Source of the DNA: Candidatus Heimdallarchaeum endolithica | GTDB lineage: Archaea; Asgardarchaeota; Heimdallarchaeia; Heimdallarchaeales; Heimdallarchaeaceae | DNA: 64,000 bases | Assembly: GCA_021513715.1 (NCBI GenBank) | Contig: CP084167.1 | Span: forward strand, 1,088,001 to 1,152,000 | Direction of reading: 5' to 3' | In this document: positions 1 to 11,872 of the stretch, piece by piece | Numbering within the stretch: the stretch's first letter is position 1 | How the letters are laid out: each line of letters starts with the position of its first letter | The notes under the pieces: generated by a model | What the model was told of the DNA's origin: nothing | What the model saw: only the letters and a program-made list of their open reading frames with translations | The model's database searches: none | Position numbers and translations under genes: made by a program

Positions 1-2
1 TT

Positions 3-3000
3 CCTAATCTAATTCTTTCTTCTTCATTTCCAGAAGAGGAACAAGTCTATGCGGGAACGATTGAACTTGAATGTGATGCATATTCTACCACTAGTATTAC
101 TAATTTTAGCTTGTACATTGATAATATACTAGTTAATTCGACAAATACTAATAGATTAACTTATTCTTGGAATACTTTATCTTATTCTAACGAATATCAC
201 ACTATTTATTACCATATAGTTAACTCAAAAAGTTTTAGTAACCAAACTTCAAAAAGAATACGCATTGCCAATAATCCCCAATTCCACACTTACTCACCCT
301 CAAACAATACAATGGTTTATGGTACTATTTTCCTAAATACCACAATAACTTGTGGTAATGCTTATTCTTACTCACAAATTTATATTGATACAAATTTACT
401 TACTACAACTTCAAATAGTTCTATTTATTATCCTATTAACACATGGAACTATGATGATGGTTTCCATAAGATAAAAATTATTGCATATGATTCACTAGAC
501 AACTCCAATTCTACTTTATTCCAGCTTACTTTTTCAAATGTGGCTAATATCACAACTAGTCTTACTGATGAAGAAATAATTTATAATGATTATTTACTCA
601 ACATTTCGATTGATAGTAATCCAGAGATATCATCATTAAAGGTTTACCTAAATGAAACAGTCATCTATTCTGGAACTTCAAAATCAATTTCATTACCCAT
701 TGATACATTTTCATGGTCTGAGGGCAAATATAATTTTACTGTACTTGTTTTAAATGAATTTGGACAAAATTTCACAGATAAAAGATGGATATACATTAAG
801 AATTATCCTGAACTGCAATCTATTAATATTGTGTCAAACCAGAAATTTAATGAGAATTATACTATTACTTTTGACGTATTTTCTGCACAAGGAATACAAG
901 TGTCTGAACTTTATATCAATGGTTCATTAAAATATTCAAATTCAGGAACTTCTAATTCCTTTATTTGGCAAACGAGAAATTATGAGGATGGGATATATAA
1001 TATTACGATTTGCATCAAAGATATAGAAAATGATCAAACAATATATCAGTATATAGTAAAAGTAATTAATCACCCCCACATTATTTTCAATCAAAAACTT
1101 CCCCTAAACAATTCTATTGTTACAGAAACAATCGTTTTTGATATTTCAATCGATGCATATCCCTATATTGATCAAGCTGCTATTTATATAAATGGAACAA
1201 TAAGAACTCTAACTAATTCAGACCAATTTATATATAAATGGAATACAAAATTAGTTCAAGATAATTTATATAATGTAACAATATTTGTTGAAGATGCCAG
1301 CGGAGATAGAAAAATTTTAACTTACTTTTACACTGTAGATAACATTCCACAATTAGATTGTGAAGTTCCTCCAGAAGGATTATTGCTCGAACCTGTTTAT
1401 CTAAATGTAACCGGGAGTGGAGGAAATAATATTTCCAAAATTGAAGTTTATGAAAATGATATTTTAGTTGGCGTTGCATATTCCAACGAATATAGCTACC
1501 TATTTAATACCCTAGTCAAAAATGATGGCTTTTACACAATTTTGTTCAAGATCATTGATGAAATGGGGAATACTAACTCTTCTGCTTTTTCTTACTTAGT
1601 TGATAATTTAGCTTCTATCAACATTTCACCTGATATTACAACAGAAATTTTTGGAAATCTTACTTTATCAATAACAATCGAGTCACAGAGAGAATTTAAT
1701 TCAGAGATTTATATTAATGGAACAGTCATTTATAGTAATAATTCTTCAAGTTATGAATATCTATGGGAAACTTTTGATTATGAGGATGGTTTATATAATA
1801 TTACAGTTTTAGTAATTGACATTAAATCATTTAAAAATTCTACAACACAATTCTACAGAGTCAATAACAATCCGGATATACAATTTATTAATATTACAAA
1901 TAACGCTGTAGTATTTGACACAATTACAATCGAAGTAAATACCTCATCGTACTATAGTATTACCTCAAATAAACTATTAATAAACAGTAGTGAAGTATTT
2001 CAAACAAATAATAGCAACTTCGAATATGACTTAAACACTCTTGATTATGAAGAGGGTGTTATTATAGTACAAGTTATTTCAACGAACAACCAATCTAGAG
2101 TTTCTTCCTCAGAAATAACATTAATAATTGATAACTTTCCTAAGATTACACTCACACCATCAAATAATAGTATAGTTTATGCAGATACAATTATCACAAG
2201 TGAAATATCCTCTTATGTTTCAATAATAAACCAATCATTATATATTGATGGTAATTTAATTACCACTTCTACGACCACAATTTTATCATATAACTGGAAT
2301 ACTACTTTATATGCTGACGGGTTGAATAATATAACTATTGTCGCTTTCAATTCAAATGAAAGAAAAACAACATTAACTTACTTTTATTCAGTAAACAATG
2401 TACCAGATTTAACAGTTAATGTAATAACCACTCCAGCCAACAATTCTATTATTTTTGATACAATAACACTAGCTTTTGAAATTACAACCTTTAATGAATT
2501 AGATAATGTTCAGATAATAATTAACGATACAGTTGTTCTATATCAAGCATCAACAACAATTCAATATAACTGGAATACAATAGACTATCTCGACGGTACC
2601 TATAATGTTACTTTTTATGTAATAAACACTTTTGGTTTTTGGAATAAAACAACATTGGTATATCAAGTTTTCAATATTCCTGAAGTAACATATACAATCA
2701 ATGACAATAATGGTTTCTTAGTAAACGACATTAACATGCAGGTCAATAGTTCTGTAGGCCCGGGAATAAATAATATAAAAATAAAGATAAATGGGAGTTT
2801 ATTATATCAGAACTTTTCAGATAGCATAAACTTTACTTATGACAGCCATAACTTTAAAGATGGAAATTACTTAATTACAATAGACGTAGAATCCAACTCG
2901 CAAATAACAACCTCTGTATTTAATTACTACACTATTAAGAATTTACCAGAAGGATCATTTGTTACACCAACCCCAGCTAATCATTCAACAGTATTTGGAA

Positions 3001-6000
3001 CTATAAATACAATTAATGTTACTTCTAGTTCGCTAACAGGAATAGATAATATTACACTTCTAATTAATTCAATTCAAAGAAATATATCTTTTAGTGATAA
3101 TTTAGAATATAACTGGGATACAACTTTAGAAAGTGATGGGTTATATAACATTACTGTGGTAATTACTGACCAAGAGGGAGATAATTTTGTTCTACATATT
3201 GAAATAGAAATAAAAAATAATCCGTTTACAGCATTAACTAATCTTTATAATATGAGTGTTGTTTTCCATGATGTAAAGTTAGAAATTAGAGGAGAATCAC
3301 TTTCATCATTAAAAAAACATCAGCTGTACATTAACGGTTCACTTGTAAATTCAACAACAAGTTTAAATCTTTCTTACTTATGGAATACAGAAATTTATTC
3401 TGATAATTGCTATAATATAACTATACTGATAGAAAATATTTATGGCTTCCAAAACTCCGTTACATATTATTTGTTTGTTAGAAATGTTCCACAAATAACT
3501 CTACATTCACCTCTCAACTATCAAACGATAACTGGTGAAAATAACATTACAATAACTATTTCTATGCCCTCAGGAAGTAATTTTACTCAACTTTTTTTGA
3601 ATGGTACATTAATATTACAAACTTCGTCAACAGAGATTAACTACTTGTGGGATACCTTACTATATAATGATGGAATTTACAATTTAACAGTCTACTCTGA
3701 AACTATCTACAATTTCAACTCTACAAAACAATATATTTTTACTGTTGACAATATTCCACAGTTGACTATTATAACACCTAGTGAAGGTTCTATTCTTTAT
3801 GGTTCAGTTATCGTAACTGCTGAAGCTACAGGTGGGAACAATATTTCTAAAATAGAATTATATGTTGATGAAGAATTATATGTTTCAGAAAATTCATCCA
3901 GTTTCAATCAAACCATCTCTAGTTGGATTTTTGACGACGGAATGTATCTACTTACATTTCGCGTAATAGATGTCGAAGGAAACTATAATGACTCTGCTAA
4001 AATTTCAGTAACCATCAATAATATTCCAAATATTGATTTTGTATATCCTACACCTCCTGAAAAATCTATAATTTATGGTTATATAGAAATAAACATCTCA
4101 GTAACAGATATTAACAATCCTATCCATAATACAACATTGTTAATTAATGATCAAATAAAAGCTGTTGTTAATGATTCAATATTGTATTACCTTTTCAATA
4201 GTTCAATCTACAATGATGGAGTATGTACAATTAAAGCAATTGTCTATAACAATTATGGCTACATAAATTATACAACACATATATTACAAATAGATAATAT
4301 TCCAAATATTCAAATCGAAGGAATATCGAATAATGAAGAAATTATTGACATAAAGACCATCACAATACAAACAACTAGTGGTTCAAATATTACTAATACC
4401 TCAATCTATATTAATTCTATTCTTCAAGCTTCGAATAATAACAACAATCTTGTTTTTGATTTTAATACACTATTATATTCAGACGGCAATTATTCAATCA
4501 CTGTAACTACAGAAAATGAAGATGGATTTTACAATTCTACAACTTTATTTGTAATCATAAATAATATACCAAATTATAGTTATTCAGGACCTCAATATAA
4601 TGAAAAGATAACAAATTCCAAAGAACTTTATATTTCAGGATATTCTCCTAGAGGAGTAGACTTTATTCTACTGGAGCTAGTATCACAAGAAAACCATTTT
4701 ATTCTAGCCAATTATTCTAGTGATACATTAAGTTATACTCTTAATACTTTACTTTATCCAGATGATAACTATAATCTAACTTTAACTGTAAAAGATAATG
4801 GTGGCTTTTTAAACTCTACAGCAATTCCAATAATTATTGATAATATTCCTCAAATTCATTTAGATCAAGGAATGTTAAATCTCAATAATTCAATAGTCAT
4901 TGATGTTATATCACTAAATTGCACTGCAACAGGTGGAAATGATATTTCTCACATAAAGCTTCAAATCGATGATGAAATATATTTAATATCAAACAATAGC
5001 ACTCTCTCTTACCTTTGGGATACTATTTTAGAAACTGATGGTAATTATAAAATTGAATTAACTGTCACAGATACTTACTCTAACGAAAATAAAACAATAC
5101 TATATTTAACTATAGATAACTATCCAGACCTATATATTGACTCGAAGCCATCAGAATCATCTCTTATAGGGAATAACAGTTTTATTTATCATGCTACAAC
5201 TCAAAGAACAATAGCATTTATGGAAGTTTGGATCGATAGTCAACTTGTTAAAAATATTTCAGCAAGCTCTGACACTTTTATTTGGGAAACAGAATTATAT
5301 CAAGACAATATTTATTCAATTTACTTTAAAGTGTATGATAGTGCAGGATTTACAAATTACTCAAATATATATATTTATAAAATAACAAATATTCCTGATA
5401 TTAATTTCAGCCATTTTGAAGATCTTTCTAAAGATAGATTAATCGATACAATAAATGCAACAGTAACTATTTCTGAAGGATGGACAATTCAGGAGATTAG
5501 AATATTTATCGACAACGTGTTAAAGGTTTATAGTCAACCAGGAGAGAGAAATCTCATATACTATTGGAATACATTAAATTATTCAGATGGAATCCATGAA
5601 TTTAATGTTACAGTGATTGATGAACAAGATCATTATAATTCCACAGTATTATCTTGTAATATTGATAATTATCCACAAATAGATGACTATTCACCAGAAT
5701 ATGTTTATGTACGAAATTCAGTTGTTTTAACAGCTTCAGGCAGTGGAGGAAGAACTATCGATAATATTACATTACTAATTAACAATTCAATTGTACACGT
5801 CACTAATTCTCCTATATTTTCTTACGTTTGGGAAACAAATGATAGTTATTATTCGAATGGAGTATATGAAATAAAATATCTGATATATGACGTTGAAGGA
5901 TATATGAATACTACAATTATCTATTATATAGTAGATAACGAAGAGCCTATAATAACTATAACCAATTTATGTGATTATCAAGGAGTTACCTCAACATTTG

Positions 6001-8513
6001 AATTAATGATTAGATCTCAAGATGAAATTGGAACAAAAACAATGTATTATGAAATATACTTTGGCTTAGAATTATTGCTTCGAGAAGAGTTCATCGGTAA
6101 TGAAACTGTAATTTCTGAATGGACAATAACGGTAAAACTGGAAAACGCAAGCTTAGAAGACGAAATACTTTGGTTACAGGTTACTGTTATTGATTTAAGT
6201 GGTAATCAAAATTCAACCTGTATTTATTTAGTTTATAACGATATTCCAGATATTCAAATTTATAACGTCAATGAAGATGATGTTTTATTTAGTAGCTCTT
6301 ATTATATAAAATTAGGAATTTTTTCTGGAATTTCATCAGCAAACGTTGAAGTCCAATTATACGACATAAATACAGATAATTATACAAAAATAGTAACTTT
6401 TGTAATCGATGATGCTAATGGTCCCCTATATGCAAATGAGAGTTTTAATTTGGATACAAGAGTTTTTGATGATGGCCTTTATTATTTAAGGATTGTCGTT
6501 TTTCCAAGTGGAAATTCAGCTATTGGAATAAAAAGAATAGCAGTGGAAATTGATAATCACCCAAACATCTTAGTAGATAAGAAAGAGAACTCTGAACTCG
6601 CAGGAAACAGCGAATTTAATATCATTATTTCAACAAAAAATCCAGCTAATATCTTTGTTGTAGACTACTTTAAGATTTACATTAACGAAAAGTCATCTGA
6701 CAATTTATTATATAAAGAAGTGAGAAATGATGTATCAAAATCTTATTTTGAGTTTTATTTCTTATTTAATACAACTGCATATAACGATGGAGTTATTACT
6801 TTGATTTTTGAATTCTATGATGCAATTAATGAATATTATAACTTAACGACATTCTCCTGTTATATTCATAATAATCCTGAAATCATTCTACCAAATATTT
6901 TAGAAAATCAACTAATAGGCTTCAATTATTCAATTTACATAGATACCAACTATTATGGAGACTTCCAAAGTGGATCAATTTATATTAATGATAATTTAGT
7001 TAGCTCATTTGATACTTCAAGTTTTATTTGGCTATGGCAAACAGAAAACTATAAAGATGGAAATTATACACTAAAAATTACGGTTTCAACATTAATAAAC
7101 AATACATATTATTTCATCACAGAAAAAGAAGTAAATGTAATAATTCAAAATTATCCATCTTGGACTTTTAGTTCAACTCCACTAAATGGTTCGATAATTT
7201 TTAACACAATAGAGCTTAAATTTACTTTCATTAATGGAACACCAATTAATAATTTTTATATCTATGTTGATAATTTTCCAGCGCTAATTATTAATATGAG
7301 TGCTTATAAGGGTTCAGCAACTATAGAATTTAATACAAAGACTATTAATGATGGATGGCATACTCTTTTACTTTTATTGGAGACTTCCTACAATTACATA
7401 ATAAATAAGACTTTAACTGTGCTTTTTGATAATAAACCAAATATTTACTACGTTAGTGATAATATTAAAGAGAATGGTTTTTACAATAATGAGATCGATA
7501 TATCTTTCAAGGCCAACAGTACAACTAGCGTTTTCAGATTAGGAATAGATGTTGTTGATGATATTACAAATATATCAATTTCAGATTTTCCAATTGAGAT
7601 AAATAATAATGAAACATTCTCAACAATAATTAATACCACCAAGTACACTACAGGAAATTATCAAATACTAATATATGCTATAGATAACGAATATGATATG
7701 ATAATCATTAAGTATAAAGTTACTTTCGATAATGACATCCCTGAAATTTACTCAAATAATGGTCTGTCTTTGTATTCAAATGTTTCTGAAAAAATAGTAT
7801 TTACTTCTAGAACAGCATACATTAGCTTTACAACAGAAGATTTTTCGCCAATAGAAACTATTACAATTTATGCAAATAAAGAACAACAAATTGTTCACAA
7901 AGATTTCAATGACCCAAGAACAGTTAACTTTGGATATTATCATTATATTACTATGGATGGAGAGACTAAAATAATAAAGGTGATTATCACCGATAAAGCG
8001 GGGAATATACGAGAAGCAGAATACAAAATACAGTTTATGCTTAAGCCATTTATAAATGAAGTAAGCTTTGGTGTTGACGTAAATACAACTATAACTAATG
8101 TTGTTTTCAACATAAACATCTCTATACATGATGATAGAGGACTTTCATCAGTTTATGTTTTATTAATTGGAGAAGAAAGAAATTATACAATAACCACAGA
8201 ATTTGAAAACTTACCCCTAAACAAAACAGACATCAAAGAAACCATATTGTTTTCAGATACGATTATTAGAAAACTGAATAATAAAAAGTTAAAAGATGGA
8301 AACTATACCTTTGTAATAGAAGTTGTTGACATTGATGGCTACCGCACATCTTATAAGCAACCTCTTTCTATAGAACGTATAAACAGAAAATCGTTTATAA
8401 CCATAATGCTATGGATAGGTTTATCAACACTAGCTATTGGTTTGGCAGGATTTGTAATGTACAAAAAGAACTTCCCTGCAGCCCTATGGGATCGTATTAG
8501 ATATGAGTGGTGA
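3..8513 (+). CDS. Giant cell-surface protein with about 30 tandem Ig-like (Big-type) repeats and a C-terminal membrane anchor; 5' end lies outside the window
   Basis: Frame is open from position 3 (PNLILSSSF...), so the TTG at 111 is not the true start. A roughly 88-aa unit recurs (WNT..Y.DG.YNITV...D..G......V.N.P), with many N-x-S/T sequons and a C-terminal TM (FITIMLWIGLSTLAIGLAGFVMY) followed by KK. Confidence 0.9.
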   Translation, partial: PNLILSSSFPEEEQVYAGTIELECDAYSTTSITNFSLYIDNILVNSTNTNRLTYSWNTLSYSNEYHTIYYHIVNSKSFSNQTSKRIRIANNPQFHTYSPSNNTMVYGTIFLNTTITCGNAYSYSQIYIDTNLLTTTSNSSIYYPINTWNYDDGFHKIKIIAYDSLDNSNSTLFQLTFSNVANITTSLTDEEIIYNDYLLNISIDSNPEISSLKVYLNETVIYSGTSKSISLPIDTFSWSEGKYNFTVLVLNEFGQNFTDKRWIYIKNYPELQSINIVSNQKFNENYTITFDVFSAQGIQVSELYINGSLKYSNSGTSNSFIWQTRNYEDGIYNITICIKDIENDQTIYQYIVKVINHPHIIFNQKLPLNNSIVTETIVFDISIDAYPYIDQAAIYINGTIRTLTNSDQFIYKWNTKLVQDNLYNVTIFVEDASGDRKILTYFYTVDNIPQLDCEVPPEGLLLEPVYLNVTGSGGNNISKIEVYENDILVGVAYSNEYSYLFNTLVKNDGFYTILFKIIDEMGNTNSSAFSYLVDNLASINISPDITTEIFGNLTLSITIESQREFNSEIYINGTVIYSNNSSSYEYLWETFDYEDGLYNITVLVIDIKSFKNSTTQFYRVNNNPDIQFINITNNAVVFDTITIEVNTSSYYSITSNKLLINSSEVFQTNNSNFEYDLNTLDYEEGVIIVQVISTNNQSRVSSSEITLIIDNFPKITLTPSNNSIVYADTIITSEISSYVSIINQSLYIDGNLITTSTTTILSYNWNTTLYADGLNNITIVAFNSNERKTTLTYFYSVNNVPDLTVNVITTPANNSIIFDTITLAFEITTFNELDNVQIIINDTVVLYQASTTIQYNWNTIDYLDGTYNVTFYVINTFGFWNKTTLVYQVFNIPEVTYTINDNNGFLVNDINMQVNSSVGPGINNIKIKINGSLLYQNFSDSINFTYDSHNFKDGNYLITIDVESNSQITTSVFNYYTIKNLPEGSFVTPTPANHSTVFGTINTINVTSSSLTGIDNITLLINSIQRNISFSDNLEYNWDTTLESDGLYNITVVITDQEGDNFVLHIEIEIKNNPFTALTNLYNMSVVFHDVKLEIRGESLSSLKKHQLYINGSLVNSTTSLNLSYLWNTEIYSDNCYNITILIENIYGFQNSVTYYLFVRNVPQITLHSPLNYQTITGENNITITISMPSGSNFTQLFLNGTLILQTSSTEINYLWDTLLYNDGIYNLTVYSETIYNFNSTKQYIFTVDNIPQLTIITPSEGSILYGSVIVTAEATGGNNISKIELYVDEELYVSENSSSFNQTISSWIFDDGMYLLTFRVIDVEGNYNDSAKISVTINNIPNIDFVYPTPPEKSIIYGYIEINISVTDINNPIHNTTLLINDQIKAVVNDSILYYLFNSSIYNDGVCTIKAIVYNNYGYINYTTHILQIDNIPNIQIEGISNNEEIIDIKTITIQTTSGSNITNTSIYINSILQASNNNNNLVFDFNTLLYSDGNYSITVTTENEDGFYNSTTLFVIINNIPNYSYSGPQYNEKITNSKELYISGYSPRGVDFILLELVSQENHFILANYSSDTLSYTLNTLLYPDDNYNLTLTVKDNGGFLNSTAIPIIIDNIPQIHLDQGMLNLNNSIVIDVISLNCTATGGNDISHIKLQIDDEIYLISNNSTLSYLWDTILETDGNYKIELTVTDTYSNENKTILYLTIDNYPDLYIDSKPSESSLIGNNSFIYHATTQRTIAFMEVWIDSQLVKNISASSDTFIWETELYQDNIYSIYFKVYDSAGFTNYSNIYIYKITNIPDINFSHFEDLSKDRLIDTINATVTISEGWTIQEIRIFIDNVLKVYSQPGERNLIYYWNTLNYSDGIHEFNVTVIDEQDHYNSTVLSCNIDNYPQIDDYSPEYVYVRNSVVLTASGSGGRTIDNITLLINNSIVHVTNSPIFSYVWETNDSYYSNGVYEIKYLIYDVEGYMNTTIIYYIVDNEEPIITITNLCDYQGVTSTFELMIRSQDEIGTKTMYYEIYFGLELLLREEFIGNETVISEWTITVKLENASLEDEILWLQVTVIDLSGNQNSTCIYLVYNDIPDIQIYNVNEDDVLFSSSYYIKLGIFSGISSANVEVQLYDINTDNYTKIVTFVIDDANGPLYANESFNLDTRVFDDGLYYLRIVVFPSGNSAIGIKRIAVEIDNHPNILVDKKENSELAGNSEFNIIISTKNPANIFVVDYFKIYINEKSSDNLLYKEVRNDVSKSYFEFYFLFNTTAYNDGVITLIFEFYDAINEYYNLTTFSCYIHNNPEIILPNILENQLIGFNYSIYIDTNYYGDFQSGSIYINDNLVSSFDTSSFIWLWQTENYKDGNYTLKITVSTLINNTYYFITEKEVNVIIQNYPSWTFSSTPLNGSIIFNTIELKFTFINGTPINNFYIYVDNFPALIINMSAYKGSATIEFNTKTINDGWHTLLLLLETSYNYIINKTLTVLFDNKPNIYYVSDNIKENGFYNNEIDISFKANSTTSVFRLGIDVVDDITNISISDFPIEINNNETFSTIINTTKYTTGNYQILIYAIDNEYDMIIIKYKVTFDNDIPEIYSNNGLSLYSNVSEKIVFTSRTAYISFTTEDFSPIETITIYANKEQQIVHKDFNDPRTVNFGYYHYITMDGETKIIKVIITDKAGNIREAEYKIQFMLKPFINEVSFGVDVNTTITNVVFNINISIHDDRGLSSVYVLLIGEERNYTITTEFENLPLNKTDIKETILFSDTIIRKLNNKKLKDGNYTFVIEVVDIDGYRTSYKQPLSIERINRKSFITIMLWIGLSTLAIGLAGFVMYKKNFPAALWDRIRYEW

Positions 8514-9481
8514 TGATGAGTATCACAAATAGATTTATTCAAAAGAACACAATGTTTAACTTAAAAAGATTATTTTATATAATCTTAACTTTAGTTTATT
8601 TAATAGTTTATTTAGGTGTAGAGTTCGTTGCTCTATTTAAAAAATATGATTATACACATATTAAGCACGCAGTTATTTATATACTGTCATTTCTAAAATA
8701 CGTTGATACGTTTTTATACATTATCTTGTTAATCAGTCAAATACCTTTTGTTCTATTAGTGTTAAATGCTTTAGTTTTACTTTTTCTAAGCTATATCATA
8801 CCGTTAATCCCTGTTGAAAAAAGAATAAAGCAAATTCTTGGAGGTTATATGTTAAAAATTAAACATGAAAAATCTTTGATTTTTCAAATGTCTATTTTTA
8901 GCGGTTTATTTTCTTGTTTTTTTAACATTTTCTTTATTTTATTACGACAATACAACATTTTACTTTTATCAGCGACCTATGGAAATAGACTGTTTCTAAT
9001 TTTAACTCTTTTCTATATTCCACAATTCATCACGTCAATCTTAATGTTACATTTCTATTCTTCGAGCTTTTTAGATAACTTCTTGCTAAGTATAAAACGA
9101 GATATGAATTATGTAGCATATACACTAATAAATATGAAGACTGATACACAACAAAGAGAATTATTTATTCCAGTAAAACAAATTGAAGATTATATCAAAA
9201 TGGACAATCGTAATTTAAAAAAGGAACAAGAAATCATTCAAAGGATAGAGAATTGTTTTCTTGACATATTTTCTGGATCTGGTTTCACTGATTATATTTC
9301 TAAGTCAAGAGAGAGAGGAGAGACAGATTTGCCTGACATCGGAGTAACATTTGAAAAAGAAACAATAAATAATAATGAATATTTTGTGTTAAAAATAGGA
9401 ATCAGTGAAGAAAGAGTTGAGTTAATAAAAAGAATACAGGCTGAAATAATAAAATATGTATTAATAACAAAGATATACTAA
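8507..9481 (+). CDS. Membrane protein (about 4 N-terminal TM helices, soluble C-terminal domain), translationally coupled to the giant protein
   Basis: 324-aa ORF overlapping the upstream stop; hydrophobic segments in aa 20-185. Confidence 0.75.
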   Translation: MVMMSITNRFIQKNTMFNLKRLFYIILTLVYLIVYLGVEFVALFKKYDYTHIKHAVIYILSFLKYVDTFLYIILLISQIPFVLLVLNALVLLFLSYIIPLIPVEKRIKQILGGYMLKIKHEKSLIFQMSIFSGLFSCFFNIFFILLRQYNILLLSATYGNRLFLILTLFYIPQFITSILMLHFYSSSFLDNFLLSIKRDMNYVAYTLINMKTDTQQRELFIPVKQIEDYIKMDNRNLKKEQEIIQRIENCFLDIFSGSGFTDYISKSRERGETDLPDIGVTFEKETINNNEYFVLKIGISEERVELIKRIQAEIIKYVLITKIY

Positions 9482-9777
9482 CTCTTATTCTTAATAATTC
9501 AAATTTATTTTTTTTAATTTTTTATGTAATACTAAACAATTAACACATTATAGTCTTGCTTTCTCTACATTTGTTATCATATTATTACTTACTCACAACA
9601 AAATTAGAAAATCTTGTTTTACTTTTTTGTACAAGTTAGTAAAAGAGAATAAATGAAGCAAAGAGAATTGAATTTAGGTTTAAATAGAGAAAAAGAGATA
9701 GAATAAGTGATAGAGAAAATTGAACAATTCTTGTTTCATTTGGAGTTAAAAAAGAGAGGGATAACTAATTTAGTTTC

Positions 9778-11865
9778 TTAAGCTATTACCTCTAATCCTT
9801 CTTCAGTTAAATAATTAATTACTTTTTCTCTGAAATTATTGTAATCTATATTCAGCTCATTTATATCTTTACCTTGATCTACTTTATCACAGAAATCTTT
9901 GAAATAAAACCCCCAAATTTCGAAAGGTGCAGATTTTTTGAAAGTATTGTAAATATTATGAAATGTCTGTAAAAACTCTTTTTCTGTTGCATTAAGGTCG
10001 TTAAAGAATCCACCAAAAAATTCATGGTTTAGCCTGTCAATACACTCTTCAAATTCATTGCCCTCTACCTTAAGACAGTTTGGTAAATTATGCACACTAT
10101 CGATAACATCTTTTATTTCTTTAAAGAACTCCGCACCTTTAATCTTAGAACCTAATCTCTTGAATTCTTCATAAATTTTGATTAAAGATTTAACAAATAA
10201 CCAACAAATTTCCAATATAAAGGGGTTTACTATTCCAATGAACACCATATTTGACTTAATATTTGGTGAATAATTTTGTGTCAAAGATTCTGAAATATAA
10301 TTATTGCCTAAACCCAAACCATATTTCTGATATAATTTTTGTTTATTTTTGTTTCCATCGTCAAGTAGTTCATAAAACTGTTTAGCTAATTTTTGTTCTG
10401 CAGTAGATGGTGCAATAATCAATCTTTTTGAATAGTTTTGTGATATAAACTCAAATTTTTCTTTAATTTTTTTCTTCACTTCTTTGCTTTTAGTATCAGA
10501 AAATTTAATCCAAATTACATCCGCAAATGTTTGTTTTGAAAGAGCAATATCCATCCATTGTAATAAATTTGTATTTTTCATATCTTTAGAATAAAAAACT
10601 GCTGGTACAATGATATAATTCCCTTTTAGAGGTCCATAATCCTTATATGTTTTTTCATCAAGCTCGTTCGGTCTCCTAAATATGTCAGTCGAGCTTATTT
10701 TAATATAATCGTTGGCCACTCGTCCTTCAAGAATATCGTTGACATCAAACATCCCAATATTCATTATTGGAGCGAGAACTAACTTTGTTATTGCTTCATT
10801 TATTTGAAAAAGTATATTATCTTCGCACTGAAAAGGATATAATATGTCATAGTTGAATGGAATAATTGTTTCTTTGATTTTTTTGTTTGTTACAAAGTAA
10901 TTCATTAAAGTCAAGGGATGTCCTATTTCACAAAACAAAACTCTTTGAAGACCAATTAAACATGAGACTTCGTCCACATAAGCGCCTTCTCCGAGAATTG
11001 AGAAAGCAATAGCTTTCTGTGGGCTCGCTTCTTTATAATGTTGTATTATTTTTAGTGATTCAAAAAATTTTTTACCTTTATTATTATAGTTTTTGTCATA
11101 TTTTAAAATAAATGGGTCATGGAGATAAGTAATTAATTTTCCTGTTAAACCAGAACCAGTTCCTCTTCCTAGTCCGTGAATATAAAAGAATATCGTTGCT
11201 TTTTTTTGTATGTCTGTTGTTTCGTCTCCATGCGAATATCTAAATAAATCAGGTGGCCAAAGACGATTAGAAATATCTTGCTCAAAAAGTTCTGTTTCGC
11301 TATAATTTTCAGGATTGAAAAAGTCTTCTGCAACTTTACGACCACCATACCAAAATCCTCCTGCACCCAATCTGTCTACAACTGTTGGATCTATACTAAT
11401 TCCTACAAAATTATACAAAAATTCTTCTTTAATTCTAGTTTTATTTAATAAATCACTTTGCTTTCTAATTCTTCGTGGAAAATCTTCTGTTGGAGGTTCT
11501 GTTTTAACATTCTGTCGCCACCAATTATACGCGTAGACCAAATATTTATTTTCTAAACGATTACTGTTTTCTGCATCATGAACAGCCCCTTCCAAGGAAG
11601 TATTTATAAACCAAGCACCAATAACCTTTGAATTCTTTTGAAATTCAATCTGGTAATTTGATCTAAGTTTAGCTTCATGATTTAGATAAGTTACCAATAC
11701 ATTGCATCCACAATCACCTACACCAAAAAGCATAGTTGCAGAATTTATATTTGTTTTATGTATTATCCAAGAATTTTTAATTCCATTTTCATTATTACTA
11801 TTTTTTTTGAAAATTTTTTTAGTTATCTTTTTAATTGCATCTAGATATGTTTTAAGTTTAACCAT
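9778..11865 (-). CDS. Divergent tubulin/FtsZ-superfamily GTPase with insertions and a helical C-terminal extension
   Basis: T1 GVGDCGCNV, T3 GAGGFWYGG (cf. tubulin GAGNNWAKG), T4 HGLGRGTGSG (cf. HSLGGGTGSG) and a T7-like MFDVND, in the correct order. Confidence 0.85.
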   Translation of the reverse strand: MVKLKTYLDAIKKITKKIFKKNSNNENGIKNSWIIHKTNINSATMLFGVGDCGCNVLVTYLNHEAKLRSNYQIEFQKNSKVIGAWFINTSLEGAVHDAENSNRLENKYLVYAYNWWRQNVKTEPPTEDFPRRIRKQSDLLNKTRIKEEFLYNFVGISIDPTVVDRLGAGGFWYGGRKVAEDFFNPENYSETELFEQDISNRLWPPDLFRYSHGDETTDIQKKATIFFYIHGLGRGTGSGLTGKLITYLHDPFILKYDKNYNNKGKKFFESLKIIQHYKEASPQKAIAFSILGEGAYVDEVSCLIGLQRVLFCEIGHPLTLMNYFVTNKKIKETIIPFNYDILYPFQCEDNILFQINEAITKLVLAPIMNIGMFDVNDILEGRVANDYIKISSTDIFRRPNELDEKTYKDYGPLKGNYIIVPAVFYSKDMKNTNLLQWMDIALSKQTFADVIWIKFSDTKSKEVKKKIKEKFEFISQNYSKRLIIAPSTAEQKLAKQFYELLDDGNKNKQKLYQKYGLGLGNNYISESLTQNYSPNIKSNMVFIGIVNPFILEICWLFVKSLIKIYEEFKRLGSKIKGAEFFKEIKDVIDSVHNLPNCLKVEGNEFEECIDRLNHEFFGGFFNDLNATEKEFLQTFHNIYNTFKKSAPFEIWGFYFKDFCDKVDQGKDINELNIDYNNFREKVINYLTEEGLEVIA

Positions 11866-11872
11866 GTTTGTT

